A stretch of 60,121 bases of DNA, the filler included. It is 7 parts of 7 records of this genome, joined end to end, with 100 filler letters (N's around TTAATTAATTAA, not from the genome) between each part and the next. Parts side by side here need not be neighbours in the genome. Positions count along the whole stretch, not along the records: positions 19,615 to 26,912 come from SRR31156797_43458; positions 27,013 to 32,274 come from SRR31156797_43475; positions 32,375 to 44,815 come from SRR31156797_43477; 4 more parts are not named here. One strand, written 5' to 3'. Of the stretch, positions 23,901 through 33,512 are shown one piece after another. Positions within the stretch are counted from its first letter, which is position 1. Each line of letters opens with the position of its first letter. The translations under genes and the position numbers were made by a program. The notes beneath the pieces were generated by a model. That model searched no databases. It was not told the origin of the DNA and saw only the letters and a program-made list of their open reading frames with translations.

Positions 23901-26687
23901 ATTATGAACCTCCACCCATTGGTCCACGTAGTGGGTGAGGTAGGCGTTGCCCGCCCCCTTGACCCTGGAGGCCTTTGTCTTGAGCTGTTCTACGGAAAAC
24001 CCGGTCTCGATGCCGGATACGGGGGCCCCTTTTTCATCCACCACAACAAAGGGAAAAACCGCCTCCTCGCCCTGGTGGTAGAGCCAGTGATCGGATCTAA
24101 GCCCCACGAACCTGCTTCTGCCGAAAAAATCGGCCGACGCCGTTGAGGCGATGGACTTGCCCCGGTCATCCCGGACGGCCGCCTCCACAACCAGCCGTCC
24201 AAAGGGAACGTCCTGGTCGACAAGATCAAAGGCCTTTACAAGATCGCCCCTGTCATCCAGGTTCGCCCGGGTTTCGAAAATGGTGCGGCCATGGGCCTCC
24301 TCTTCTTCACCCTGGAAGATAAAATCCTTGACCAGGGGATGGGAGGATAAAAACCGTCTCGGTTCCAGCCGGGCAAGGAGCCGGGTTGCGGCTTCGGTGT
24401 AGGGACCGCCGGCATGGAGCCGGGCCGATGTGGACACCTCCACCCTGGCGCCGGGCCTGAAGGCACGATTGTTGAGCTCGGTTGAAACCCTGAAGGGGGA
24501 CGGCACAAAATCGCTCACCAGCACCCGCAGGGGATTCCAGGCCATGTCGGTAAAATCCGATGAGAGTTCGAAATAATACCACCCGACGCTTCCGGTTTTC
24601 GCCACCTTAAACTCCCCGTCAAAGGCCCCGAAGTCGGAGAGCTCGATGTCGCTCTTTTCCAGCACCACCTTTCCCAGCGGATCCGTCACCGTGAGGGTAT
24701 ACCCCTTCTTCGGCGGCGCCACCAGGGTTTCATTATTCTGGTCCCTGACATAGATCTTGTACTGGATGGAATCACCGGCACGGTAGACCCCCTGGGCCGT
24801 GGTGCCCCAGGTATGGATGTGGCTGTAACGCTGGTTGTGGCGGGAGGAGAAACTGAAACCGGACGCCCTGTAGGTATCGATGCGGAACCGGGGAGCCAGG
24901 GGCAGCAGGGCCATGTCAGCCTTTTTCACCACCTTGACAAAAAACCGCGGGTCACTGTTCTCCCACCCCCAGTCAAACAGTTCAAGGTCGGGATCAAGGG
25001 TTAAGTTGCCGGGCAGCAGGGCTGTCCCGTCCTCCCCGGTCACGGCCCTTGCCAGCACGGGCCGGTCGCTGTTCAATCCTTCGATGGAGTCCTTGTAAAG
25101 GGTGACGTCGGCATTGGCCACGGGATTCCCGGTTTTCAGATCCGACACCCAGACCAGGGTGTTGAAGTGGCCCGATTTGACATGGATCTGGAACGGGGTG
25201 ACCTGGGCAAAAAAGGTCCTTTCCCGGTCCGACTTTTCGACTTCCGGCCGGGTGGAAATGGTGCCGTACACGGCGCCGGCCCCATGGGCAAGCATCGTTT
25301 TCACCCCAAGGGGCATCTTGAAGGCAACGTCCTCCGCCTTTGGCACCGGGGTGTCCGCTTCAAGGTTATCGGTCCGGCCGTCAACGGTCAGCCGCTTGTA
25401 ATTGACTTTTACCCGGTCAAGGTTGGTGACCACCAGGGGAACATCGGTGTCAACCCCCTCTTCGATCACGGCCGTGTCGTGGTAAAGGGTAAAGTCGGGA
25501 ACACGGTGATCCGTATGAAAAGAAAAATCCAATGGCGTTTCAAGCCGCCTTCCGAACTCATCCCTGAGCCTGAGCTCGGTCTCTTTTATCCGGTAGGGGG
25601 TATGGGCCCTGAGCAGCTCGGGCAGGGAAACCAGGTAGGTCCGCCCCCGTTTATGGGAAACGCCCAGGGAGGAGTAGGAGTAATAATTCGCCCAGGGATT
25701 ATAACCGGTCCTGTCGCTGCCAAGGTTTGGCGTAAATTCCAGGGTTTTCCGAACCTGGTCCACCGTAACCGGCGAAGAGAATACAAGGGCCGTGTAACCG
25801 AGGGGATTGGGCTTTAACCGCTCCCGGTCCTGCTTCACGCCGGCCCGGATCAGTGTTGGTTCGTCTTCATTGTTAAGATAGCATCGAAGGCCCAGGAACT
25901 TGAACTCCGGAAAGGTGGCAAACGAAACCAGGGTTCTGCGGGAAGTTCCGGGTAACGGTCCCAGGGCGGATATGAGTCCCGGCTCCAGCTCAAGGGTCAC
26001 CGAAGTATCATGGGGAAACTCTTTTTCAGGAAAAACAAGCCATCTGAACCGGGCCTCCTCTTTTCCGCCGGGGACGTCAACCATGACCGGAGGATCGACG
26101 TCATCGGGAAGGGGCGTTACCCCAAGTGCGACCCTTTTCCCTGATCTCTTTTTCAATCCCATGAAAACATGCTTTGCAACGGAAGCCTTTGTAACGGGCT
26201 GGTCGAACACCACCCGGATCACCGGGGTGCCGGGGGCGTTCCAGGTGTGGAATCTTGTATAGCGAACTTTCGGCGTCTTTGTGGTGAAAGAATGGACAAG
26301 GGAACGGTCCATGGTGGCGCCGTTCTCCGCAACCAGGCCGGGCCTGAGGGTCAGGGTGTAGCGGGTGGCGGGTTTCAGCCTGTTGGCCTCATCGAGCTCC
26401 AGGCTGAGGGTGGAAGGCGTGAGCCATCGCCACTGGCCGTCCAGGTGGGGAGTGATGGTAACCGGAATCTCGGAACTGTCCCGCTCCATGCGGCCAAGGG
26501 GAACAACCTTTTGATTGAATTCAATGGTGATCTGCCGCTTTTGCGGAACATTCCTGCCCTGGGGAACGATCCGTGTGACCCCGAGGGATTGTCCGGACAT
26601 GCAAACGGCAGGCGTTGAAAAAATAACCAAAACAGCGGCTGCCATGGACAGCCAGACAAAAACAAGGATTTCACCGTATGTTTTCAT
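20919..26687 (-). CDS. Bacterial alpha-2-macroglobulin
   Basis: About 1920 aa; VYRAGD, AVLDEAV, VPDNLTGWR, thioester YPYTCWEQ, WESTQE, VEDPVPGGLE. Confidence 0.93.
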   Translation of the reverse strand: MKTYGEILVFVWLSMAAAVLVIFSTPAVCMSGQSLGVTRIVPQGRNVPQKRQITIEFNQKVVPLGRMERDSSEIPVTITPHLDGQWRWLTPSTLSLELDEANRLKPATRYTLTLRPGLVAENGATMDRSLVHSFTTKTPKVRYTRFHTWNAPGTPVIRVVFDQPVTKASVAKHVFMGLKKRSGKRVALGVTPLPDDVDPPVMVDVPGGKEEARFRWLVFPEKEFPHDTSVTLELEPGLISALGPLPGTSRRTLVSFATFPEFKFLGLRCYLNNEDEPTLIRAGVKQDRERLKPNPLGYTALVFSSPVTVDQVRKTLEFTPNLGSDRTGYNPWANYYSYSSLGVSHKRGRTYLVSLPELLRAHTPYRIKETELRLRDEFGRRLETPLDFSFHTDHRVPDFTLYHDTAVIEEGVDTDVPLVVTNLDRVKVNYKRLTVDGRTDNLEADTPVPKAEDVAFKMPLGVKTMLAHGAGAVYGTISTRPEVEKSDRERTFFAQVTPFQIHVKSGHFNTLVWVSDLKTGNPVANADVTLYKDSIEGLNSDRPVLARAVTGEDGTALLPGNLTLDPDLELFDWGWENSDPRFFVKVVKKADMALLPLAPRFRIDTYRASGFSFSSRHNQRYSHIHTWGTTAQGVYRAGDSIQYKIYVRDQNNETLVAPPKKGYTLTVTDPLGKVVLEKSDIELSDFGAFDGEFKVAKTGSVGWYYFELSSDFTDMAWNPLRVLVSDFVPSPFRVSTELNNRAFRPGARVEVSTSARLHAGGPYTEAATRLLARLEPRRFLSSHPLVKDFIFQGEEEEAHGRTIFETRANLDDRGDLVKAFDLVDQDVPFGRLVVEAAVRDDRGKSIASTASADFFGRSRFVGLRSDHWLYHQGEEAVFPFVVVDEKGAPVSGIETGFSVEQLKTKASRVKGAGNAYLTHYVDQWVEVHNSSAMSGDAPGTMGFVPDEPGSYRLIARIKDSQGRSHTASIWFWVAGKGRVLWHEPEANVLTLIPEKESLQVGDTARYLVKNPFPGAKALVTIERYGVLKHWVETLEGSTPVIEFPIEPDFAPGFFFSVSLLSPRVAKPLGEGGVDLGKPLCRMGYHRVEVKDPAREIKVAVAPEKATYKPGEKVRVALRADLGTDRENEPVELAVAVLDEAVFDLIRKGRDHFDPLKGFYSVDGLDLVNYSLLQRLVGIQNFAKKGASPGGDGGAAISMRSLFKFVSYWNPSVQTDEQGRAAIEFTVPDNLTGWRVFAMAVTPTDRMGLGDQGFKVNRPTEVRPVMPNQVMEGDDFRAGFSVMNRTDTERVITVKVSAQGSLDEKHSTITEKLTLAPFKRKTVFLPVTTKKEGEVRFQATARDHMDGDGMVHRVIVKPRKDLQTVAAYSSTVESRVSQTMKIPREIRTDKGSLGVVLSSSALGNLEPAVLYMRDYPYTCWEQKLSKAIVAAGFPALGPYLDPEISWEDSDEVVTTTLEQAVNFQAPNGGMAYFRAEDRYVSPYLSAYTALGLNWIKAAGFDVPEPVEAKLYAYLEGFLKKDLVPGFYSRGMVSTVRAVALAGLSANNRVKKGDLERLRPHVESMSLFGKAMFLQAALGTPGGDAIAKEVAASVLARSNRTGGKISFTEKLDSGYARLAATPMRSNAAILSALTRFGRTHTSLSQEIPTGLVRYITQTREGRDHWESTQETVFAINALMEYAGVYESRKTGMTVTASVDGEPLGTAGFQGKKQESVTLSREIRPADPGQTFPLVVEKQGEGRLYYKATMSYALENPPNRRINAGIDVRKEVRVERDGESRLLTGPMTLKRGDLVRVDLFVSLAAPRNFVVVEDPVPGGLEPVNRELATSSLTDADRAEPAASDSTKVWQEFSAGRWSFYHKELKHEAARFYSDWLAPGNYRLSYTAQAICEGTFAWLPVRAQEMYDMDVFGQGLETTLVVTDGQ

Positions 26688-26912
26688 AATGTCCTTCCTG
26701 GTAAAGGGGGTGGGTCTTTGAAGCAAAAAAGCAAATTAAAGATCCCTCTTTATTACCATAATTCTCGCAAGAATGCAGTATCAAGAAATGAGGAATATGA
26801 CTAAAAGACGTAAAGGATGCTGGGAAAAGAAAAATCGGGGGCGCTGCGTAAGTTCGATCGCCCCCTATATGCTATCTACGAATACGGGCAATAAGCTAAT
26901 AAGCTAGGCCTG

Positions 26913-27012
26913 NNNNNNNNNNNNNNNNNNNNNNNNNNNNNNNNNNNNNNNNNNNNTTAATTAATTAANNNNNNNNNNNNNNNNNNNNNNNNNNNNNNNN
27001 NNNNNNNNNNNN
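26913..27012. other. Artificial contig linker
   Basis: N44-TTAATTAATTAA-N44. Confidence 0.99.
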
Positions 27013-27033
27013 TCCGTCAGCTGACGGATGACA
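27013..27033. repeat. 16-bp perfect palindrome, probable end of a dispersed REP-like repeat
   Basis: TCCGTCAG-CTGACGGA followed by TGACA at contig edge. Confidence 0.45.
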
Positions 27034-27079
27034 TCCTTTAACCAAAAAACCCAGGTAAAAATCCTGTTGTTACAAAACC

Positions 27080-27433
27080 TTATTCTTCCTTTACCCGGGT
27101 TAGTACAAATTCGCTATCGCCATAATCGCCCGAAGATTTCATGTTTATAATATCTCCGTCGAGAGTTCCTTTATGGATAATTTTCATTCCCTGGATATCA
27201 AGTGTATATTCAATATCATTACCAGAAACTTTACCATCAGAAAATGGAAGTGCTCCCATATCAGAAATTAAATTTCCCGATAGTTTTTCACCATCTACTT
27301 TATATTCAATAGTCAAATTCATATCTCCCATATCTGATTGAATGGTTGTTTTCCATTTTCCATCGAAATCGGAAGCAAAAAGAACGATGCTGCAAAAAAG
27401 CATTAAAACTGAAGTAAAAAGAAACTTTTTCAT
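27080..27433 (-). CDS. Small secreted beta-rich hypothetical protein
   Basis: Signal peptide then DFDGKWK...DGEKLSG...DGKVSGN; co-oriented behind GH78. Confidence 0.8.
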   Translation of the reverse strand: MKKFLFTSVLMLFCSIVLFASDFDGKWKTTIQSDMGDMNLTIEYKVDGEKLSGNLISDMGALPFSDGKVSGNDIEYTLDIQGMKIIHKGTLDGDIINMKSSGDYGDSEFVLTRVKEE

Positions 27434-27464
27434 AGGAATTAAATTTTAGGTTTTGGTTGAAAAA

Positions 27465-30143
27465 TTATTCTATAGTAAAATTATAAGTACCTGAAGTAAC
27501 TAAAATATTACCGTTTTCCTGCAAAGAAATTCCCTCAACTTCATTTGAACCAATATCTACACCCCTTTCATTTATTACTGAATCTTCCTTTACTTCGGGC
27601 AAAATAACCATTGCATCGGAATTCGGAGGAACGGTAAGATTTAAACTAAATTTTCCTTCTACTATTTTCCAGTCTACCATTACCTCTCCATAGTTTGTTT
27701 CGTATTCGGCTTTTGCCCAGGTCAAATCATCCACGGGTTGTGGTTTTACGATTATCCTTTTAAAACCAGGCTTTTCGTCGCAAATATTTATTCCAGCCAG
27801 ATTATTCCAAATCCATTCGCCAACACACCCTAAAGCAAAATGGTTACGAGAATTCATTCCTTCCGGTGGTTCTGAGTCTGAATTCCACAATTCCCAAATG
27901 GTAGTTGCACCATTCTTTACCATGTAACCCCAACTCGGGTAATCGGTTTTATTCATCATTTCGTATGCCAGATTATTATAATTGTATTTGCTGAGCATAG
28001 GTAAAATAAATCCGGTACCTAAAAATCCGGTGGTCGGATGAACATCTTTGGCCATTACATTTTCAACCAGGTTCTGAACAACCTGATCTTCCAGCTCTTC
28101 AGGAGTAATTCCAAAAGCCAGTGGCAACAAACTTGCTGTTTGTGTTTCTCCCGGGTAATTTAATGTTTCTGTATTCCAGTATTCACGTTGATAAGCAGCT
28201 GCCAGAGTTTCAGCTAAATCGGCATACATTTTAGCATCATCACTTTTACCAATTACGGCAGCCATTTTACTTAACAAAGTTGTAGAATAATAATAGTATG
28301 CCTGTGCAATTGGTTTCGAAGGAGTTTCTTCAACTGCAATCCAGTCGCCGTAACCATACCACTCTCGGTTTGGATCTTTCCATACATAAACATCGTTTTC
28401 ACTTTTCCCATGCATGTATTCCACCCATGCTTTCATGGCATCGTAATTTTCCTCTATTACGCGGGTATCTCCATAATAACGATACGTCATCCAGGGAATT
28501 ACAACAATTGCATCGCCCCAGCCTGGTTTCGACGGGCCACCTACAACTATTGGCGGACTAACGTCGTACACCCAACCTTCCTCTTCCTGACCGTCGGTAA
28601 TATCGAACATCCATTTGGTCCAGTAACGATCGAGGTTCATATTAAAGTTTGCGGTGGGAGCAAAAATCTGTGCATCGCCCATCCATCCTAAACGTTCATC
28701 GCGTTGCGGGCAATCCGTTGGCGCCGGATAAAAATTACCCCGTTGTCCCCAAACAACATTTTTATTAATTTGATTTATAAGTTCATTAGAACATTCAAAA
28801 GCACCAATAAATTCCTGATCGGTGTGAATAACTTTACCCACAACATCAGATATTTCAGGTTTTTCTTTTAGTCCCGAAACCTGTAAATAACGAAATCCGT
28901 GGTATGTAAATTTAGGTTCCCAAATAATCTCTTCACCATTCGAAACAATTTTATCGGTTGCTTTTGCTGAACGCAAATTTTCCTGAGCGACAGTTCCATC
29001 GTCGTGCAATAATTCGGCATAATAAAAAGTTATGGTATCTCCTTTAGGTGCATTTATTTTAAGTTGTGCCCATCCTACAATATTTTGCCCCATGTCGTAA
29101 ACGTATTCTCCTGCAACAGGCTCATTTAAAACTACTGGTATAACATCCATCTGATGACGCATTGCCGGAGCACGCGGACCAACCAGCTTTCCTTCATAAT
29201 CGGCTAATTCCACTTGCTGCCATCCACTTTCGTCAAAGCCGGGACTGTTCCAACCTGTTTGTTCCATATTGGCATCGTATTTTTCACCGTCGTAAATATG
29301 GTCGGCCCAAATAGGAGAATCACTCCATTTCCAGTTTTCATCGGTAATAACCGTTTGTGTTTCGCCATTTTTATATTCAATCTGTAATTGCATAAAAAAT
29401 TTCAGTGGCCCTTCGGCATATTTTTGTCCGCCAGCCCAGCCAAGGCCACCCGACCACCACATATTTCCCAAAATTGCACCAACAGCATTTTCTCCTTCAT
29501 TTAAAATTTCGGTTATGTCGTAAACCTGGTATTCCAGTCTTTTCGGAAAATGTGTCCAGCCGGGAGTCAACAAGTCTTCTCCTACCCTTTTCCCATTTAT
29601 ATTTAGCACATAATTTCCAAGACCGGTAACATAAACGCTGGCTTTTTCAACTTCATATGTTGTTTCAAATTCTTTTCTCATATAAACCGAACGATCCGGA
29701 TCTTCCATCGAACGGGAAATCCATTTTGCCTGCCAATCGTTTTCGTTTAGTAATCCCATTTCCCATGAAGCTGTTTCACTCCAATCCGATACTTCTCCAT
29801 TCTGATCCCAAACACGAACTTTCCAAAAGTAAGATTCGCCGCTTTCCAATTCCGGACCGCCATAAATTACATGCACCGACTGGTCAGATTCAATTTCTCC
29901 GGTGTCCCAAATTTCACCTGAATTACCGGAGACAACAACCTGGTAAGCCGTTTGTATTGCACCACGTCGATCGTCGGAAAGTTTCCATTGAAACAATGGT
30001 TGAGCGCGATCAATTCCAACAGGATTTTCCTGCATTTCACATTTCAGGTTATATACTAACACAGGCGATTTTGTTTCCTGACATCCGGAAAACAAAAGGA
30101 AAATAAAAACAATAAAGGAAAAAAGAGTTTGATACTTTTTCAT
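27465..30143 (-). CDS. GH78 alpha-L-rhamnosidase family lipoprotein
   Basis: Lipobox FSGC; QTAYQV, YDMGQNIVGW, FTYHGFRY, PTDCPQRDERLGWMGD, YGDW, GATTIWELW, NSRNHF. Confidence 0.94.
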   Translation of the reverse strand: MKKYQTLFSFIVFIFLLFSGCQETKSPVLVYNLKCEMQENPVGIDRAQPLFQWKLSDDRRGAIQTAYQVVVSGNSGEIWDTGEIESDQSVHVIYGGPELESGESYFWKVRVWDQNGEVSDWSETASWEMGLLNENDWQAKWISRSMEDPDRSVYMRKEFETTYEVEKASVYVTGLGNYVLNINGKRVGEDLLTPGWTHFPKRLEYQVYDITEILNEGENAVGAILGNMWWSGGLGWAGGQKYAEGPLKFFMQLQIEYKNGETQTVITDENWKWSDSPIWADHIYDGEKYDANMEQTGWNSPGFDESGWQQVELADYEGKLVGPRAPAMRHQMDVIPVVLNEPVAGEYVYDMGQNIVGWAQLKINAPKGDTITFYYAELLHDDGTVAQENLRSAKATDKIVSNGEEIIWEPKFTYHGFRYLQVSGLKEKPEISDVVGKVIHTDQEFIGAFECSNELINQINKNVVWGQRGNFYPAPTDCPQRDERLGWMGDAQIFAPTANFNMNLDRYWTKWMFDITDGQEEEGWVYDVSPPIVVGGPSKPGWGDAIVVIPWMTYRYYGDTRVIEENYDAMKAWVEYMHGKSENDVYVWKDPNREWYGYGDWIAVEETPSKPIAQAYYYYSTTLLSKMAAVIGKSDDAKMYADLAETLAAAYQREYWNTETLNYPGETQTASLLPLAFGITPEELEDQVVQNLVENVMAKDVHPTTGFLGTGFILPMLSKYNYNNLAYEMMNKTDYPSWGYMVKNGATTIWELWNSDSEPPEGMNSRNHFALGCVGEWIWNNLAGINICDEKPGFKRIIVKPQPVDDLTWAKAEYETNYGEVMVDWKIVEGKFSLNLTVPPNSDAMVILPEVKEDSVINERGVDIGSNEVEGISLQENGNILVTSGTYNFTIE

Positions 30144-30352
30144 TTTTTTATGATTTAGTTGATTTACACTCGAATAAATTCGAGTTTTAAATTTAAAAAA
30201 TAAATACGAGTAATTACTAATTAATATAGCGTAACAACATCCCGTTTTATCATCTTTTTGCTAAAATAAAATACGTGGTAACGATTTGTATCCTGCGGTG
30301 TAGGGGGCAATGAAAAAAGATTTATGTTCTGGCAATATAATTTATTAACCTA

Positions 30353-31228
30353 CTATTTTAACCATTTCCGAATTTCCTTTTTATCCATTTCCAAACTTCT
30401 GACATTGTTTGGGTGAGCCACAACAAATTCTTCTTCAGAAATAATTAGCCCTGTTTTATTTTCACCGGTTACAAATTCGGGAATTATAAAAATCAATTCG
30501 TCATTTAGAATGCTTTCATGATAGACCAGTAACAATAATTCATTTTTCCCCTGAACTATTTCTCCTAAAACCTGACCGGCAAAAATTTTCTTGCCTATTT
30601 TCCACTTTTTTTCCGAATCGACAACGTTTCTGTAACAAGCCAAAGTACCGTCGGATTGTAAAACAGTAATGGCATAATTCCACCCATTGTAATGATTTTT
30701 CAACTTTGTATCGCGCCGGGCGTCTGTAATTTCAACAATAATACCAGTTCGCGTTGCACAAACTTTTTCACCACCTTCAGTTTTAAAACCCGTTGCCGAC
30801 CACGATTTTGGTTCATCTGTACCCATAAATCCAAAAATAGTTTTCACATTAAATGATTCCACTTTTTTACCCCTTTCAAATGGAATTAAATAAGGAAAAT
30901 CCAAATCGACAATTGCCATCGGATTTGATCGGAAGTATTTTATTTCGTAATGAAAACGGGGAACTTCGCTGGCTCTCAAATCGCGTTCTAAAACAAAAAG
31001 TGAATTAAATCCAGGCGTTAATTGTTTTATATAAGGCAGCGGTTCATTAAATGTGGTATTCTCTAAATCGGCGAAATTAATGTTCAAAAAAAGGGGTGCT
31101 TTCGTATTATTGTATGCAATAAAATCGACATCACCGACACTATTGTAATCGGCTCTGACTTCAACCAACTGTGCATTTAAATTTCCAAATAAAACAAGAA
31201 AAAAGAAAAGGGTTATTAACTTATACAT
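30353..31228 (-). CDS. Secreted hypothetical protein with degenerate M23-like domain
   Basis: Signal peptide; pattern GEKVCATRTGIIV...NYAITVLQSDGTLACY...IFAGQVLG without the His ligands. Confidence 0.6.
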   Translation of the reverse strand: MYKLITLFFFLVLFGNLNAQLVEVRADYNSVGDVDFIAYNNTKAPLFLNINFADLENTTFNEPLPYIKQLTPGFNSLFVLERDLRASEVPRFHYEIKYFRSNPMAIVDLDFPYLIPFERGKKVESFNVKTIFGFMGTDEPKSWSATGFKTEGGEKVCATRTGIIVEITDARRDTKLKNHYNGWNYAITVLQSDGTLACYRNVVDSEKKWKIGKKIFAGQVLGEIVQGKNELLLLVYHESILNDELIFIIPEFVTGENKTGLIISEEEFVVAHPNNVRSLEMDKKEIRKWLK

Positions 31229-31329
31229 TCTGAATGATTTTCTTCGAAGAAAGTAAAAAATAGAATTAAAATCAACAGGAACGGTAAAAACCATTTGCAG
31301 GGCATTCTTTTTTTCGTTTATATTGAACT

Positions 31330-31800
31330 ATGTATTCTATTGAAGAGGCAAAAAAGTTACGACTCAACTTTTGGGAACAATTTGGAAAACGCTGCGAAAT
31401 TCACCCGGTTTTAAAGGGGAAACGAAAAAAATGGATGCTTCACCGCACAAAAATTAAAAGCGTGGCTTTACGTTTTGAAGTTGGACGCGAAAATGCAAAA
31501 GTTATTCTTGAACTGGGCCAAAGAAACGAAGATAAGCGTTTACAGGCTTTTGAAGTTTTGGAACGGTATAAAGTTATTGTTGAAAGCGGTTTTGAAAACG
31601 GACTGGAATGGGAATTTTATTACCTGCGCGAAGACAGTGAAAAAGAGGTGTGCCGTATTTATAAAACATTAGAGAATGTAGATCTTCACCGCCAAAATCA
31701 ATGGCCCGATATTTTTAATTTTTTTATTGAAAATATGCTACAACTGGAAGAAAATTTTCTGGCTGTTAGCGAAATTTTAAAAGAAGAATTAAAGAGTTAG
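31330..31800 (+). CDS. DUF4268 domain protein
   Basis: MYS.EEAKKLR..FW..FG...KWMLHRTKIK...RIY...NQW..IF.FF. Confidence 0.75.
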   Translation: MYSIEEAKKLRLNFWEQFGKRCEIHPVLKGKRKKWMLHRTKIKSVALRFEVGRENAKVILELGQRNEDKRLQAFEVLERYKVIVESGFENGLEWEFYYLREDSEKEVCRIYKTLENVDLHRQNQWPDIFNFFIENMLQLEENFLAVSEILKEELKS

Positions 31801-31889
31801 CATTCAGTTGACTGTCGCAGTTTCAGTTTCAGTTTAAAAACAACAAAACAAATCTAACAGTTTAACAACCTTTTATATCGCTGTTTTTA

Positions 31890-32267
31890 TTAAATAAACA
31901 ATTCATTAAGTGCGCCAAAATAATCCTCTTCCCAGCCATCCGATATGTTATCAAAAGCTTCGTCGGGAATATTAGTATGTTTAAGTTCTACGCTTGTTCC
32001 CTTTTTATGTGGATGAATAAGCATAGTAACAATTGATTCTTCCTCTTGCCCTTCAAAAAACCATTGCTGCACTATTTTTTTATTTTCTTCAAATTCAAGA
32101 TTAATCCCCGAAATACTTCCATCCCATAACGAAAATTCGGTATTTGGATAGGGTTCCATTTGCGCGGTTTCTCCTGTCCATATTTCCAGCATTCGCTGGT
32201 TGGTTAAAGCGTTGTACACATCTTTTGGTTCTGCGTTCAAAGTAAAATAACGTTTGATATTCTTCAT
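31890..32267 (-). CDS. SRPBCC / AHSA1 domain protein
   Basis: VYNALT...WTG...FSLWDGSISG...KIVQQW...L.HTNIP...GW..YF. Confidence 0.88.
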   Translation of the reverse strand: MKNIKRYFTLNAEPKDVYNALTNQRMLEIWTGETAQMEPYPNTEFSLWDGSISGINLEFEENKKIVQQWFFEGQEEESIVTMLIHPHKKGTSVELKHTNIPDEAFDNISDGWEEDYFGALNELFI

Positions 32268-32274
32268 TTTCGAA

Positions 32275-32374
32275 NNNNNNNNNNNNNNNNNNNNNNNNNN
32301 NNNNNNNNNNNNNNNNNNTTAATTAATTAANNNNNNNNNNNNNNNNNNNNNNNNNNNNNNNNNNNNNNNNNNNN
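32275..32374. other. Artificial contig linker
   Basis: N44-TTAATTAATTAA-N44. Confidence 0.99.
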
Positions 32375-33004
32375 GATGATCAGCGAACCGCCGACGACCA
32401 GCACCAGAATGGCCAGGCCGACAGCGCCGACGATCATCAGAACCCCCTGGAAGATCACATCGACGTCGTCGATGTAGATGCCGGTTCCCAACATCCAGTC
32501 CCATTCGCCGAAGTAGGACATGTAACTGATTTTATCGACCGGGTTCTCAGAGCCCGCCTTCGGCCATTGATAGGCGAGAAACCCTTCCCCGTCCGCTTTC
32601 GCCATCCGCGCGAACTCCTTGACGATGAAAACACCGTTGGGGTCCTTGACCTCTATCAGGTTCTTGCCTTCGAGCTGCGGCTTCGGCGGCAATAGGATGG
32701 TGTTTCCGGCGGTATCGTAGATGAAGATGTACTCGGCGCCTTCGTATCGGAGATAGCGTATGGTCTCCTTGGCGGCGGCTATCGCCTCTTCCTTCGTCAT
32801 TTCCCCTTTGGCGGCTTTGTCCTTGAAGCTTTCGACGATGTTCTGGCTTGCCTCGACGATCGCCTGGATTTTCGCCATCCGGTCTTCCATCAGGTTCTGA
32901 CGGATTTCGTAAAGCGAGTAGCTTCCCAGGGCGACGATGCCCATTACGGTGCCGGCCACGATCAGAAGAAGGCGGGTGCCAATTTTAAATCTATCCAACA
33001 GCAT
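32375..33004 (-). CDS. sCache_2 membrane sensor, probably a methyl-accepting chemotaxis protein (N-terminal fragment)
   Basis: TM - LRYEGAEYIFI...GKNLIEVKDPNG...YQWPK...KISY...WDWMLGTGIYIDDV - TM; signalling domain lost at contig end. Confidence 0.85.
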
Positions 33005-33512
33005 CTTGTTTTTCCTTTTGCACTGACTTGTGAGGTGAAAGGGCATCGCCAGCCATGGACCTCTCATGTCCAACGGATTGCCGCGATTATTGGTGGTTAA
33101 CCCTAACGTTCGGCGATTTTTGATTTTTTAGAACTGCGATGTTCTTCCTTGTTTTTGTTTTCGCGTTCTTTCCGTGCAAATCCTAACGGCGAACGCGAAT
33201 CAGGTCTCACCTGATTGACCGCCAGGAAATATTCATACGGTAATCGGAAGGAAATTAGCCGTCCGGGATGTTGTCTGCGGCAAACATTAATACGGGCGTG
33301 TATCGCAAGAATTTCAACGGCTTGGTTTTGCGTAACGATTTGTATCGATTTTGTGACAGGCCATTCGGTGTTCGGTGGCCGGGAAACAAATATCTACGCG
33401 TAAAAGTGGCTATTTAATTCACCGGCAACCGCGGTCAGATGGTACAATCCGCTCAACTAAAATTAAATTCCGGCCGAACCCAACAAAAAGAAGGAAAGAT
33501 CCGGAGAGGCCC

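Noticed and set aside
31805-31870. Short CAGTTT and TAACA repeats between convergent genes
   Set aside because: Too short and irregular for an array; no spacers
33095-33112. CtrA-like TTAACC upstream of the Cache receptor
   Set aside because: Half-site only; insufficient evidence
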